A stretch of DNA of 64,000 bases from Blastocladiella emersonii ATCC 22665 (Eukaryota; Fungi; Blastocladiomycota): NCBI GenBank assembly GCA_025594325.1, contig JANHCV010000002.1, forward strand, positions 806,001 through 870,000, in the 5' to 3' direction. Both the position numbers and the translations under genes were made by a program. Under the pieces are notes generated by a model that ran no database searches, was not told the origin of the DNA, and worked only from the letters and a program-made list of their open reading frames with translations. Below, piece by piece: positions 1 to 9,809 of this stretch; the first letter of the stretch is position 1; each line of letters opens with the position of its first letter.

Positions 1-3000
1 GCTGTCGGTACCGCCAACAGCGCGCGGCTGCTCCTCACGTCGGCCGACCCCGTCCCCGAGTCGCCCATCACCCAGGTCGCCGTCGACCAGCTCGAGCCCG
101 TGTTCATGGTCGACTGCGCCACCAAGTTCCTCGACGGCATCCTGCAGTCGGGCACGCACCTCGAGGCGTTTGTCGCCAAGGAGGGTATCGAGGAGCTCCT
201 CCCCTTCTACACGCTGCCCGGCCTGTCGTACATGTTCCCGACGTCGCAGGCGTCCTTCTCGCTGTCGCACCTGTTCCGCGTCCTCAGTGAGTCGGACGCG
301 CAGATCGCGTGCTGCGCCATCGTGCGCCACGTCGAGCTCGCCCTCAACAAGTGGGACCCGAGCACCGCGCCCGACATGCGGTCTGGGATCCTCCCCGCGA
401 CGCCCGCCGAGCGCGACGCCGTCGAGAACGCCCTGCGCACGCTCGTCCACCTGCACGGACTCGTCGGCCTGCTCAGCGACGTGTACTCGCCGCCGTCGTG
501 GACGTCCAAGCACACGGCCGCGTACGTCGAGGAGGCGCTCAAGCACCTCGGCGAGGCCGGGCTCCGCAAGCTCGTCGCCCTGCACAAGTACTGCATGCAG
601 CAGCTCATCGCGGTGCGCGCGTCGGTCGAGCCTAAGTACTACAACGACCCGAAGCGCACCAAGCCCAGCGGCACCCTGCTCGAGTCGTGGGGCGTGCCCG
701 GGCTCGACGAGCCGATCCCGTACCCGGAGAACACGGCGGGCGCCGCGGCCCTCCCCGACACCAAGTCGCCCATCTACCACAACGTCAAATGCCTCCGCGC
801 CGTCCTCTTCGAGCTGCACATGTGCCTCGTCCCGCTGTTCCATGGGTGCGCCCGTATGATCGTTGCCAAGCGGTCCTCGGACGCCCGCCACAAGAGCGTC
901 AACCGCCGCGCCGCGCGCGCCCTCGTCGAGGCCATGCAGGGGTACTTTGCCGACCCCGCGCCCGCCGACCCCGCCGCCGCCCACATCTACCACCAGCACG
1001 TGCACGCCATCGTCACGCTCGTCCTCCTCGACGAGCGCACCGCGTCGGCCGTCCACGGCACCGTCCTCTACTACGCGCTCCAGTCGCCGCTCCTCGCGCT
1101 GCTCAAGCCCGCGACGGTCGCGGTCGGTACTACTGCGGCCGTGCTCCGCGGGCCCGGCAACAAGGTGCTCCTCGTCCCGGACCCCGTCCGCCAGGACATG
1201 TGGGCCACGCTGCTCCAGCACATGTCGCTGTCGCGCCAGTTCACCGAGTCGGCGTACTCGCACTCGCTGACCGACATGCCCGCGTTCGAGATCCACCACC
1301 TCGTCATCAAGGCGCGCACCTTCGTCCTCGGCGCCATCTTCGACCTCGACTTTGCCGCGCTCCCGCGCTCGTCGATCGTCCCGCTCCTCCGCGCCCTCGT
1401 CCACCTGCTCAAGGGCGACGGCGAGACCCCCGCGCCCGCCCGCGGCGCCGGCCGCGCCAACCTCGACGGGCTCTCCATCTTCACCGTGCCCCCGATCGCC
1501 GGCGGCGACGCTGCGGCCGGCGGGAACCCGATCCTCACGGCCGAGGCCGACTTCCTCAACCTGTTCCGCATGGCCGCTGGTCTCGGTGCCGCGCCCGGCG
1601 GCGGCGCCGGCGCCGGCGCTGCCCGCCCCGCGCGCCCGACGGCCGACCCCGCCGCGCTCGCCATGCTCACCGACATGGGCTTTGGCGAGGCCGTCGCCCG
1701 CGAGGCCCTTGTCCGCTGCCACAACAGCATCGAGCGCGCGGCCGAGTACATTCTGTCGCACCCGCAGCTCGAGTTCGAGATCCAGCAGCAGCAGCAGCAG
1801 TCGGCGCCCGCTACCGCGACGCCCACCGCGGCGACGCCGAACCCCGGTGCCGCATCCTCGTCGTCGTCGTCGTCCGCTCCCGCGGCTGCGGCGGAGGCGC
1901 CCGCTGCGCCCGCCGACGACGCCATGGAGGTGGACCAGCCCGCTGGCGAGTCCGCTGCGTCGTCGTCTTCGCAGGAGGAGGAGGCAGAGGAGGAGACCGA
2001 GGAGGCTGCCCCCGAGACGCCCGAGTCGTCATACCTCAACGGCGCCGAGCTCGCGACCGAGATCGCCGCGCTGCGCACGCGTCTCCAGGGCGAGTGTGTT
2101 GACCTCCTCCTCGCCGTCCTGTCGGCACACCCAAACATGGTCAGCGACACGCGCGACGCGCTGCTCGGGCTCAACGAGGAGAACGGCGTCCAGGCGCTGC
2201 TCACCAAGTTCGCCATCGCGTCCTCGGCGCCGCTCACCGACGAGGCCGCGCAGGCCAAGGTCGTGCACATCTTCGCCCTCCTCGCGCTCCTCATGGTCGA
2301 CGCCAACAAGCACAAGGTCGCGCTGCCGCGTGTCCTCGAGGTGCTCCCGACGCTGCTCGAGCGCTTCTTTGCCGAGCCGCCCGCCGAGAACGCGGCCGTC
2401 AAGACGCGCTGCGACGCCGAGTGGGTCCCGCTGCTTCTCATCGTCGAGCACCTGCTCAACTACGCGCAGGAGCCCGAGTTCATGGAGCCGCCGCGCATCG
2501 TCAACGACGAGATCCGCGCCAACCCCGCCAACTCGGCCAACAAGGACAAGGTCGTCGCCGTTTTCACGCCCGACGTTACGGCGCGCATGATCGTCACGCT
2601 CGTCAAGTGGCTCAAGGCCGCCGAGCCGATCGCTGCCGCGCCTTCCCCCGCCACCGCGGCGCCCGCTCCTGCCGCTGCCGCGGGTACGGCCGAGCAGGCG
2701 GCTGGTGCACCTGCGGCCGCGACCGTTGCCGTCGACCCCGCGGTCCCCGGCGCGCCGCCCACCATCGTCACGGCGACCCCGCTCACGGACGCGGCGACCA
2801 ATGCGCGCGAGCGGCAGTGGCCCACGGCCGAGTCGGTCCTGCGCGTCCTCGTGCGCCTGACGCGCACGAAGGAGGGCTGCCACACGTTCGCCAACGAGGC
2901 GGGCAACGCGGTCGAACTCCTGTCGCGCTTCGACTCTTCACACCTCGCCGCCATGCTGCTGCGCCACATTGCCGAGTTTGCCCACTCGCAGATGCTGCGC

Positions 3001-6000
3001 GCCGTGGTCCGCGCCGAGATCAAGATCGCCGCCACCAAGGCGGCCGCCTTCAACCGCGGCGGTGCCGACCGCAGCGGCGAGGTCGACGCGGCGACCCTCA
3101 TCAAGGTCGCGTCGCACGCGGCCCTGCGCGACCCCGCCGTGTTCCTCGAGCAGGTCAACGACATGTTCGCCGTCGCGCGCGCCGACTCGTCAAGCTCGAC
3201 GGTCCGCTCCATCTCGCTCAAGCTCCGCGAGACCCCCGCCAACGCGGCTGCCGCGGCGCCCGCCGGGCCCGTGGTCGTCGGCGCCGTCATGGACTCGCTC
3301 AAGGAGCAGCTCCTCTCGCTCAAGGACCACCCCGTCGCCGACGCCAACGACGCGCCCAACAACTCGGTGCACGCCAAGCGTGTGTTCGTCCTCAAGATGG
3401 CGTCGGAGCTCGCGCTCAGCTACACGCCGTGCAAGATGGCGCTCATGGACACGCCGCGCCGCCGTCTCTCCGGCTCGGGCATCGCCGCCGCCCACGGCAA
3501 GTCGCCCGCGGGCGCGTCGCTCCCGAGCAAGTCGGTGTTCGTCACGTACCTTGTCGAGAAGATTCTGCCGTGGCCCGGCGTCTTCACGTCGGCCGCGGAC
3601 ATGTCGGCGCCGATCCGCAAGCAGCTCTTCGAGTCGCAGTGGGCGTCGACGGTGCTCAGCTGCCTGTGCGTCAACCCCGAGCACGACGACACGGAGCGCG
3701 ACCCGGCGCACCCGATCCACGTCGTGCGCAAGATCGTCGTCGACGCGGTCCACCGCGCGCTCACGGCGCCCGACCCGGCGTCCGTCGAGGCGCGCTACGG
3801 CAAGTACCTCGCGCTCGCCGATACCGTGCACCGCATCCTGTCGTGGCCCGGCAAGCGCCGCAACGCGCCCGTCCCGCCGGCGCCCGGCATGCTCGGCGCG
3901 CCGCCCACGCCCGCCGACAGCGTCGCGGTCCCGCTCCTCCGCATGCTGCTCGACCGCCACTTCGTCGCGCTCCTCACGGGCCTGCTCGGCAAGGTCGACA
4001 CGCACCACCCGCAGGCCAAGATGATCGTCGCGTCGATCCTCAAGCCCATCGAGCTCCTGTCCAAGCTCTCGGTCAAGCTCAGCCACATCAAGGCCGCCAC
4101 CGCCACGTCCGGCGCGAACGGCGGGCCCGGCACCGCGCCCGTCGCCGTGTCCATGGCCGAGACCCCGACCGACGTCGTGCTCCCCGCGCCCGGCTCGCCC
4201 ACCGCCGCCGGCGCGCTCCCCGTGCTCGGCGTCGCTGTCCCCGCGCCCGGCCCCGGCAGCGTTACCACTGCGGGCGGCGCGCTCGCTGACGCCGACGAGT
4301 CGCTCCGGAACTCGTCGCTCGGCATCATGGAGGGCGGCGCGCACCACCACGAGGACGCGAGCATGCACGAGGAGGGCTTCTCGGACGAGGAGGACGACGA
4401 CGAGATGATGTCCGACTCGCAGGACGGCTACGACGAGCTGTCGGACGAGGAGGGCGCCTCGGACGTGTCCGACGCCGAGGACGCCGGCCACGACGACGGG
4501 CTCGGCGACATGGAGATCGTGATCCAGCCCAACCACCCGCACGAGCTCATCGCCGAGCACGCGGTCCGCGAGGCCCGCGAGGCCGGGATCCACGTCCAAC
4601 AGCAGCAGCACCACCACAGTCACGGCAGCGACAGCGAGTCGGTCATTGACGAGATGGAGGTCGACGACGACGAGCACGACCATGACTCGTCGTCCGACGA
4701 AGAGGGCGAGGCGGGTCCCGCTGCCGCCGGTGCTGGTCCGCGCCGAAGCCGCGCCGCCGCGCCGCCGACCGTCATCCACCAGGAGGTCATCGAGGGCGAC
4801 GCTGGCGACGACTCGGACATGTACGAGGACGTGACCGACGACGACGAGGCCGAGGGCGGCGCCGCGGGCGCACGCAGCGGCGACGATCCCGATTCCGAGT
4901 CGCAAGACGAGGATGATGAGGAGGACGACGACGAGGAGGGCGAGGGCGAGTTCCCCGGCCACGGCCACGGCCACGCCGGCTACCTCGAGATGGAGCTCGA
5001 CGTCCCCGTTGACGAGGCCACGGGCAACATCACGGCCGAGGGCCTCAACCGCGCGCTGTTCGAGCGGCTCATGGGCGGCAACAACCTCGGCCAGCCGGGC
5101 GGCGACGACGGCGAGGAGTTTGATGAGGACGAGGACGACGACATGGACGAGGAGGAGCTCGATGCCGTCGCGGCCGACCTGCAGCGCGGCGGCGGCGCCG
5201 GGCTCACCGACGACGACGCGTTCCGCGCCCACGTGCTCAACACCATGACGGGCGCCGGCGGCATCCCGCTCCGCGGCCTCGGCTTCCCCGCGGCAATCCC
5301 CGGCGGCCGTCGCGGCATCTTTGACGCGCCCGGCGCGTCCGGAATCCCCGACCTCACCCACCCGCTGCTCTCGGCGCGCGCCAACCAGCCCGTGCCGATC
5401 CGCATGACGGGCGCGCCCGCGGCGGGCGGTGCAGCGCTCGGGATCGGCGGTGTCGCACTCGGCGGCGGCGCTGGCATGCAGCTGTCGGCCAACTCGATGG
5501 AGACGATGCAGCAGCTGCTCGGCGGCCAGGCCACGGCGCTCCTGCAGCGGCTCGCGTCGCTCGGCGCGCGCAACGGGTCCTTTGACGTGTCCGTGTCCAA
5601 CGACCCGTTCCTCGGCAACAACCCGAACGCGCGCATCCGCGTCATGAACAACGACCCGATCGCCAAGGACGACTTCAAGCCCCTCGCGACCAGCGAGCGG
5701 TGGGCCGCCGAGGCCCGCCTCATGTTCGGTAACAACGTCCAGGAGCGCGCCCAGCGCGTCCTCGCGCACCTCCTGCTCGCCAAGTTCCCCGAGGTGCTCG
5801 AGGTCAAGCGCGCCCGCGAGGCCGAGGAGAAGCGCAAGGCTGAGGAGAAGCGTAAGGTCGAGGAGGAGAAGCGCAAGGCCGAGGCTGAGCGCAAGCAGGC
5901 TGAGGCCGAGGCCAAGGCCAAGGCGGCTGCCGAGGCTGCCGCTGCTGCCGCCGCCGCCGCGCCCGATGCGGCGGGCTCGTCCTCGTCATCCGCGGCTGCC

Positions 6001-9000
6001 CCCGCGGCGCCCGCGACCGAGACCCCCGCGCCCGCACCCGCGCCGCCGTCGAACCGCTTCATCCTCGAGATTGACGGCGAGGAGGTGGACCTAACCGAGT
6101 CCGGCATTGACCCCACGTTCCTTGAGGCGCTGCCCGAGGACCTGCGCAACGACGTGGTGCGACAGCATCTCGCCGAGGTGCGCGCCACGCGCCCGCCCGC
6201 GTCCGTCATCGAGTCGCTCCCGCCCGAGTTCCTCAACGTGCTCAACCCCGACGTGCGCATGGAGCTCAACCTCGACGCCGCCGCTGCTGCTGGTTCCGCG
6301 GCCACCGCTGCCGCTGCTGCTGGCGCCGCGGGCCCGGCGGCGACGGTCGCCGCTCCCGGCGAGGCCGTTGCACCAGCTGTCATCGCCGCGACTGGCGCCG
6401 CGCGCCGCGGGCTCGACATCGCGTCCCTGTTCCATCGCAACGGCGCTCCCGCCACCGTTGCTGCGACCGACGCGGCCGCGGCCAAGGACCGCCGCGAGCG
6501 CAAGGAGAGCATGAACCTGATCGACCGCACGCAGGCGTCGACGGTCGTCGGGATGCTGTTCGTCGAGCACCCAATCGCCAAGGTCAGCTTCCTGAAGCTG
6601 CTCGTGACGCTGTGCGAGAACTCGCGCACCCGCAACGACATTCTCTCGCTCGTCATGGCTGTGCTCGTCCACGGGCTCGACGCCGTCCAGTTCGCGGTGC
6701 AATCGCGCGACACGCTCTCGCCGTCGGCCGTCGAGGAGCGGTGCTTCGAGATCCTGCTCGTGCTCGCCAAGGAGTCGCCGCACGTCGCCGAGTCGCTGAT
6801 CAAGCCCGCCTCGGCCGGCGACGGTGCCGAGGCCGCACCGCCCGCGGTCGTCCAGATCATCGGGATGCTGCACACGGCGCACTCCATGGACTCGGCCGTC
6901 GAGCTGCTCGCCATCATCGCCAAGGCCGCGCACCGGCTTGAGGCTGTGGCCAAGGCCAAGAAGGAGAAGCGCGAGAAGGCGGCGGCCGAGAAGGAGGCTG
7001 CTGCTGCTGCCGCTGCTGCTGCCGCCCCCGCGGCGACCGCGACAGCGGAGCCCGCCAGCGGTGATACCGTCATGGCCGAGGCGTCGGCCGCTCCCGCCAC
7101 TGATGCGGCCGCGGCTGCGTCCTCGAGTTCCTCCGCTGCCGCGCCCAAGGACGAGGCCGACGACGAAACGGCCGGCAGCGGCCTCGTGCTCCCCGCCGAG
7201 TCGGTGCGCGCGCTGCTGCGCATCCTCGCCGGCGAGTGCCCGATCAAGACGTTCCAGTTCGTGCTCACCATCATCCAGCACCTCGCCACGTCCAAGGCCA
7301 CCTACGCGACGTTCATCGCCGAGCTCACGGCGTGCACCGTGTCGACGTCCGAGGAGCTCGCGCGCGACGTGGACTCGCTCCGCGACGCGCTCGCCGCGGA
7401 CAAGTCCCGCGACCCGGGCAACAACACGCCGACGAGTCCCGCGGCGTCGACGGGCACGGTCGCGGCGGCGCTGCCGGTCAGCGACCAGGCCGAGGCGATC
7501 CTCAAGACCTTCTCGCACCCGGCGAGCCGGCAGGCGCTGTTCCTTCGCCTGCTCAAGACGCTCGACTACCTCGCGACCAAGCTCAAGTGCGAGGTGCCGG
7601 CGCTGGCGCTCGGCGGCGTGTGGAGCTCGCTGTCGGCGTGCCTGTCGGCCATGGGCGGGCGCGAGGAGCTCGTTTCGGTGCTGCTGCCGCTGGTTGAGAG
7701 CTTCATGGTGGTGGCGGCGCGCGGGCAGGGCCACGACTCTGGGTTCACCGAGTTCACGGAGACGCACCGCAAAGCGCTCAACATGCTGGTGCGCAACAAC
7801 CCGAACCTGCTGTCGGGCTCGTTTGCGATCCTGGTGCAGAACCCCAAGGTGCTCGAGTTCGACAACAAGCGGGCCTACTTCTACCAGCAGCTGCACTCGC
7901 AGCGGCAGGCGCGGCGGCACGCGTTCCACGGGATCCAGCTCAACCTGCGGCGCAAGTTTGTGTTCGAGGACAGCTACCACCAGCTGCAGCACCGCAGCGG
8001 CGACGAGCTCAAGTACGGCAAGCTCAACGTGACGTTCAACAACGAGGAGGGCGTCGACGCGGGCGGGCTCACGCGCGAGTGGTACAGCGTGCTGGCGCGG
8101 CAGATCTTCAACCCGGACTACGCGCTGTTCCGCACCGCGGCGGCCGACAAGATCACGTACCAGCCGAACCGCGCGTCGTGGGTCAACCCGGACCACCTGC
8201 ACTTTTTCCGGTTCGTCGGGCGGTTCATTGGCAAGGCCATCTTCGACCAGAAGCTGCTCGACTGCTACTTTACGCGGTCCTTCTACAAGCACCTGCTGGG
8301 CAAGGCCGTGGACGTGCGCGACATGGAGGCGGTGGACCCGTCGTACTACAAGTCGCTCGAGTGGATCCTCGAGAACAGCATCGACGACATCATGGACCTG
8401 ACGTTCAGCATCGAGGCGGACGACTTCGGGCGGACGCGGATCATCGACCTGGTGCCCGGCGGGCGCGAGATTGCGGTGACGGACGCGAACAAGGGCGAGT
8501 ATGTGCGGCTCGTGGTGGAGCAGAAGCTCACGCTGGCGATCCAGGACCAGATCAAGGCGTTCCTGACGGGGTTCCACGAGATGGTGCCCAAGGCGCTGGT
8601 CGGGATCTTCAACGAGCAGGAGCTCGAGCTGCTGATCTCGGGCCTGCCGGAGATCGACATTGACGACTGGCGCAACAACACGAGCTACCACCACTACACG
8701 GCCAACAGCACGGTGATCCAGTGGTTCTGGCGCGCGGTGCGGTCGTTTGACCAGGAGCAGCGGGCCAAGCTGGTGCAGTTCTGCACGGGCACGTCCAAGG
8801 TGCCCATGGAGGGGTTCAAGGCGCTGCAGGGGTCGACGGGCGTGGCCAAGTTCACGGTGGTCAAGGACCCGGGCAGCACGGCGCGCCTCCCCTCGGCCCA
8901 CACGTGCTTCAACCAGCTCGACCTCCCCGAGTACGAGTCGTACGACAAGCTGCGGTCCATGCTGCTCAAGGCCATTGACGAGGCGAGCGAGGGCTTCGGG

Positions 9001-9009
9001 CTCGCGTGA
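1..9009 (+). CDS. TOM1: HECT E3 ubiquitin ligase TOM1/HUWE1 family, 5'-truncated by the window edge
   Basis: Frame 1 is open from base 1 to TGA at 9007-9009. UBA domain (LAMLTDMGFGEAVAREAL...IERAAEYI), UBM/DUF4414-like GIDPTFLEALPEDLR, acidic region, and C-terminal HECT with EEGVDAGGLTREWY and catalytic LPSAHTCFNQLDLP. Confidence 0.95.
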   Translation, partial: AVGTANSARLLLTSADPVPESPITQVAVDQLEPVFMVDCATKFLDGILQSGTHLEAFVAKEGIEELLPFYTLPGLSYMFPTSQASFSLSHLFRVLSESDAQIACCAIVRHVELALNKWDPSTAPDMRSGILPATPAERDAVENALRTLVHLHGLVGLLSDVYSPPSWTSKHTAAYVEEALKHLGEAGLRKLVALHKYCMQQLIAVRASVEPKYYNDPKRTKPSGTLLESWGVPGLDEPIPYPENTAGAAALPDTKSPIYHNVKCLRAVLFELHMCLVPLFHGCARMIVAKRSSDARHKSVNRRAARALVEAMQGYFADPAPADPAAAHIYHQHVHAIVTLVLLDERTASAVHGTVLYYALQSPLLALLKPATVAVGTTAAVLRGPGNKVLLVPDPVRQDMWATLLQHMSLSRQFTESAYSHSLTDMPAFEIHHLVIKARTFVLGAIFDLDFAALPRSSIVPLLRALVHLLKGDGETPAPARGAGRANLDGLSIFTVPPIAGGDAAAGGNPILTAEADFLNLFRMAAGLGAAPGGGAGAGAARPARPTADPAALAMLTDMGFGEAVAREALVRCHNSIERAAEYILSHPQLEFEIQQQQQQSAPATATPTAATPNPGAASSSSSSSAPAAAAEAPAAPADDAMEVDQPAGESAASSSSQEEEAEEETEEAAPETPESSYLNGAELATEIAALRTRLQGECVDLLLAVLSAHPNMVSDTRDALLGLNEENGVQALLTKFAIASSAPLTDEAAQAKVVHIFALLALLMVDANKHKVALPRVLEVLPTLLERFFAEPPAENAAVKTRCDAEWVPLLLIVEHLLNYAQEPEFMEPPRIVNDEIRANPANSANKDKVVAVFTPDVTARMIVTLVKWLKAAEPIAAAPSPATAAPAPAAAAGTAEQAAGAPAAATVAVDPAVPGAPPTIVTATPLTDAATNARERQWPTAESVLRVLVRLTRTKEGCHTFANEAGNAVELLSRFDSSHLAAMLLRHIAEFAHSQMLRAVVRAEIKIAATKAAAFNRGGADRSGEVDAATLIKVASHAALRDPAVFLEQVNDMFAVARADSSSSTVRSISLKLRETPANAAAAAPAGPVVVGAVMDSLKEQLLSLKDHPVADANDAPNNSVHAKRVFVLKMASELALSYTPCKMALMDTPRRRLSGSGIAAAHGKSPAGASLPSKSVFVTYLVEKILPWPGVFTSAADMSAPIRKQLFESQWASTVLSCLCVNPEHDDTERDPAHPIHVVRKIVVDAVHRALTAPDPASVEARYGKYLALADTVHRILSWPGKRRNAPVPPAPGMLGAPPTPADSVAVPLLRMLLDRHFVALLTGLLGKVDTHHPQAKMIVASILKPIELLSKLSVKLSHIKAATATSGANGGPGTAPVAVSMAETPTDVVLPAPGSPTAAGALPVLGVAVPAPGPGSVTTAGGALADADESLRNSSLGIMEGGAHHHEDASMHEEGFSDEEDDDEMMSDSQDGYDELSDEEGASDVSDAEDAGHDDGLGDMEIVIQPNHPHELIAEHAVREAREAGIHVQQQQHHHSHGSDSESVIDEMEVDDDEHDHDSSSDEEGEAGPAAAGAGPRRSRAAAPPTVIHQEVIEGDAGDDSDMYEDVTDDDEAEGGAAGARSGDDPDSESQDEDDEEDDDEEGEGEFPGHGHGHAGYLEMELDVPVDEATGNITAEGLNRALFERLMGGNNLGQPGGDDGEEFDEDEDDDMDEEELDAVAADLQRGGGAGLTDDDAFRAHVLNTMTGAGGIPLRGLGFPAAIPGGRRGIFDAPGASGIPDLTHPLLSARANQPVPIRMTGAPAAGGAALGIGGVALGGGAGMQLSANSMETMQQLLGGQATALLQRLASLGARNGSFDVSVSNDPFLGNNPNARIRVMNNDPIAKDDFKPLATSERWAAEARLMFGNNVQERAQRVLAHLLLAKFPEVLEVKRAREAEEKRKAEEKRKVEEEKRKAEAERKQAEAEAKAKAAAEAAAAAAAAAPDAAGSSSSSAAAPAAPATETPAPAPAPPSNRFILEIDGEEVDLTESGIDPTFLEALPEDLRNDVVRQHLAEVRATRPPASVIESLPPEFLNVLNPDVRMELNLDAAAAAGSAATAAAAAGAAGPAATVAAPGEAVAPAVIAATGAARRGLDIASLFHRNGAPATVAATDAAAAKDRRERKESMNLIDRTQASTVVGMLFVEHPIAKVSFLKLLVTLCENSRTRNDILSLVMAVLVHGLDAVQFAVQSRDTLSPSAVEERCFEILLVLAKESPHVAESLIKPASAGDGAEAAPPAVVQIIGMLHTAHSMDSAVELLAIIAKAAHRLEAVAKAKKEKREKAAAEKEAAAAAAAAAAPAATATAEPASGDTVMAEASAAPATDAAAAASSSSSAAAPKDEADDETAGSGLVLPAESVRALLRILAGECPIKTFQFVLTIIQHLATSKATYATFIAELTACTVSTSEELARDVDSLRDALAADKSRDPGNNTPTSPAASTGTVAAALPVSDQAEAILKTFSHPASRQALFLRLLKTLDYLATKLKCEVPALALGGVWSSLSACLSAMGGREELVSVLLPLVESFMVVAARGQGHDSGFTEFTETHRKALNMLVRNNPNLLSGSFAILVQNPKVLEFDNKRAYFYQQLHSQRQARRHAFHGIQLNLRRKFVFEDSYHQLQHRSGDELKYGKLNVTFNNEEGVDAGGLTREWYSVLARQIFNPDYALFRTAAADKITYQPNRASWVNPDHLHFFRFVGRFIGKAIFDQKLLDCYFTRSFYKHLLGKAVDVRDMEAVDPSYYKSLEWILENSIDDIMDLTFSIEADDFGRTRIIDLVPGGREIAVTDANKGEYVRLVVEQKLTLAIQDQIKAFLTGFHEMVPKALVGIFNEQELELLISGLPEIDIDDWRNNTSYHHYTANSTVIQWFWRAVRSFDQEQRAKLVQFCTGTSKVPMEGFKALQGSTGVAKFTVVKDPGSTARLPSAHTCFNQLDLPEYESYDKLRSMLLKAIDEASEGFGLA

Positions 9010-9809
9010 TTGGATGTGGATGACGACGGATTTTGTGTATTAAATAATTTTCAACGGTTTCCTTACTTACACATAGTGGCGGTGGTGGTCGGTTGGTCGG
9101 TGGCGACCCGTGAGACAGGGGAGGAGTCATAGGCTGCGCCACTACGCCGACGTGATTTAGTTTGCGTGGTGGGGGTGAGCTCGTTCGCGTCGCGGTTGAT
9201 TTTCATCGCGTGCGAGCTTGGCATGGCAGCGGCGGTGATCAACGAGCGATGTGAGCTCCGCCTCGCCTCCTCCAGCTTGCAAGTGTGGGTCGGCGACCTC
9301 GCGCGTGTGCATCGGGATGGTCGCTGCGACGCGACTACGCCGGCGACCATGATGACGCGCGAGCAGGGATTTATTTGAGGGTGCTCGTTGACGCGTGAAG
9401 CGGAAAGCGAGTGAATTCTACGCGATCCCTGCTGCGTCGTTGAGGTCGCGGTGAGCTCGTCGTCGTTTGCGACTCTTGTGTTCACCGCTGACTCCTCTCA
9501 TCGTCGCTGCGATCCTCGCCGACCACGGGCGGCCGGGACAGCCAGTCCGCCTCCGCCTCGGCCACGCTCATCGATGGTCGAGAGACGGCTGCTGTACTGA
9601 TCCTGCCTGCTCGCGCCGCGATCCAAGCCCGCCATGGCCGCGTCAGCTGTGTCGCCGCCGTCACGCCGCGCACCAGCGAGACAGCAGCACTCGAGACCGC
9701 AAGCTGGCGGGCCCAGCGCACCAAGACGAGGGAGAGACCCCGCGCAGAGCCCTCTCTCTCCCTTCAGCGCGAACCGCACCGTGCCCACGTATCACACAGC
9801 AGCACCAGC

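Noticed and set aside
100-9009. Long antisense and alternate-frame ORFs (e.g. 3190-5769, 4980-7301, 6091-8901 on the minus strand), and similar ones over every large gene
   Set aside because: Shadow ORFs from extreme GC3 bias. They are R/A/G-rich, have no domains and overlap well-supported genes.
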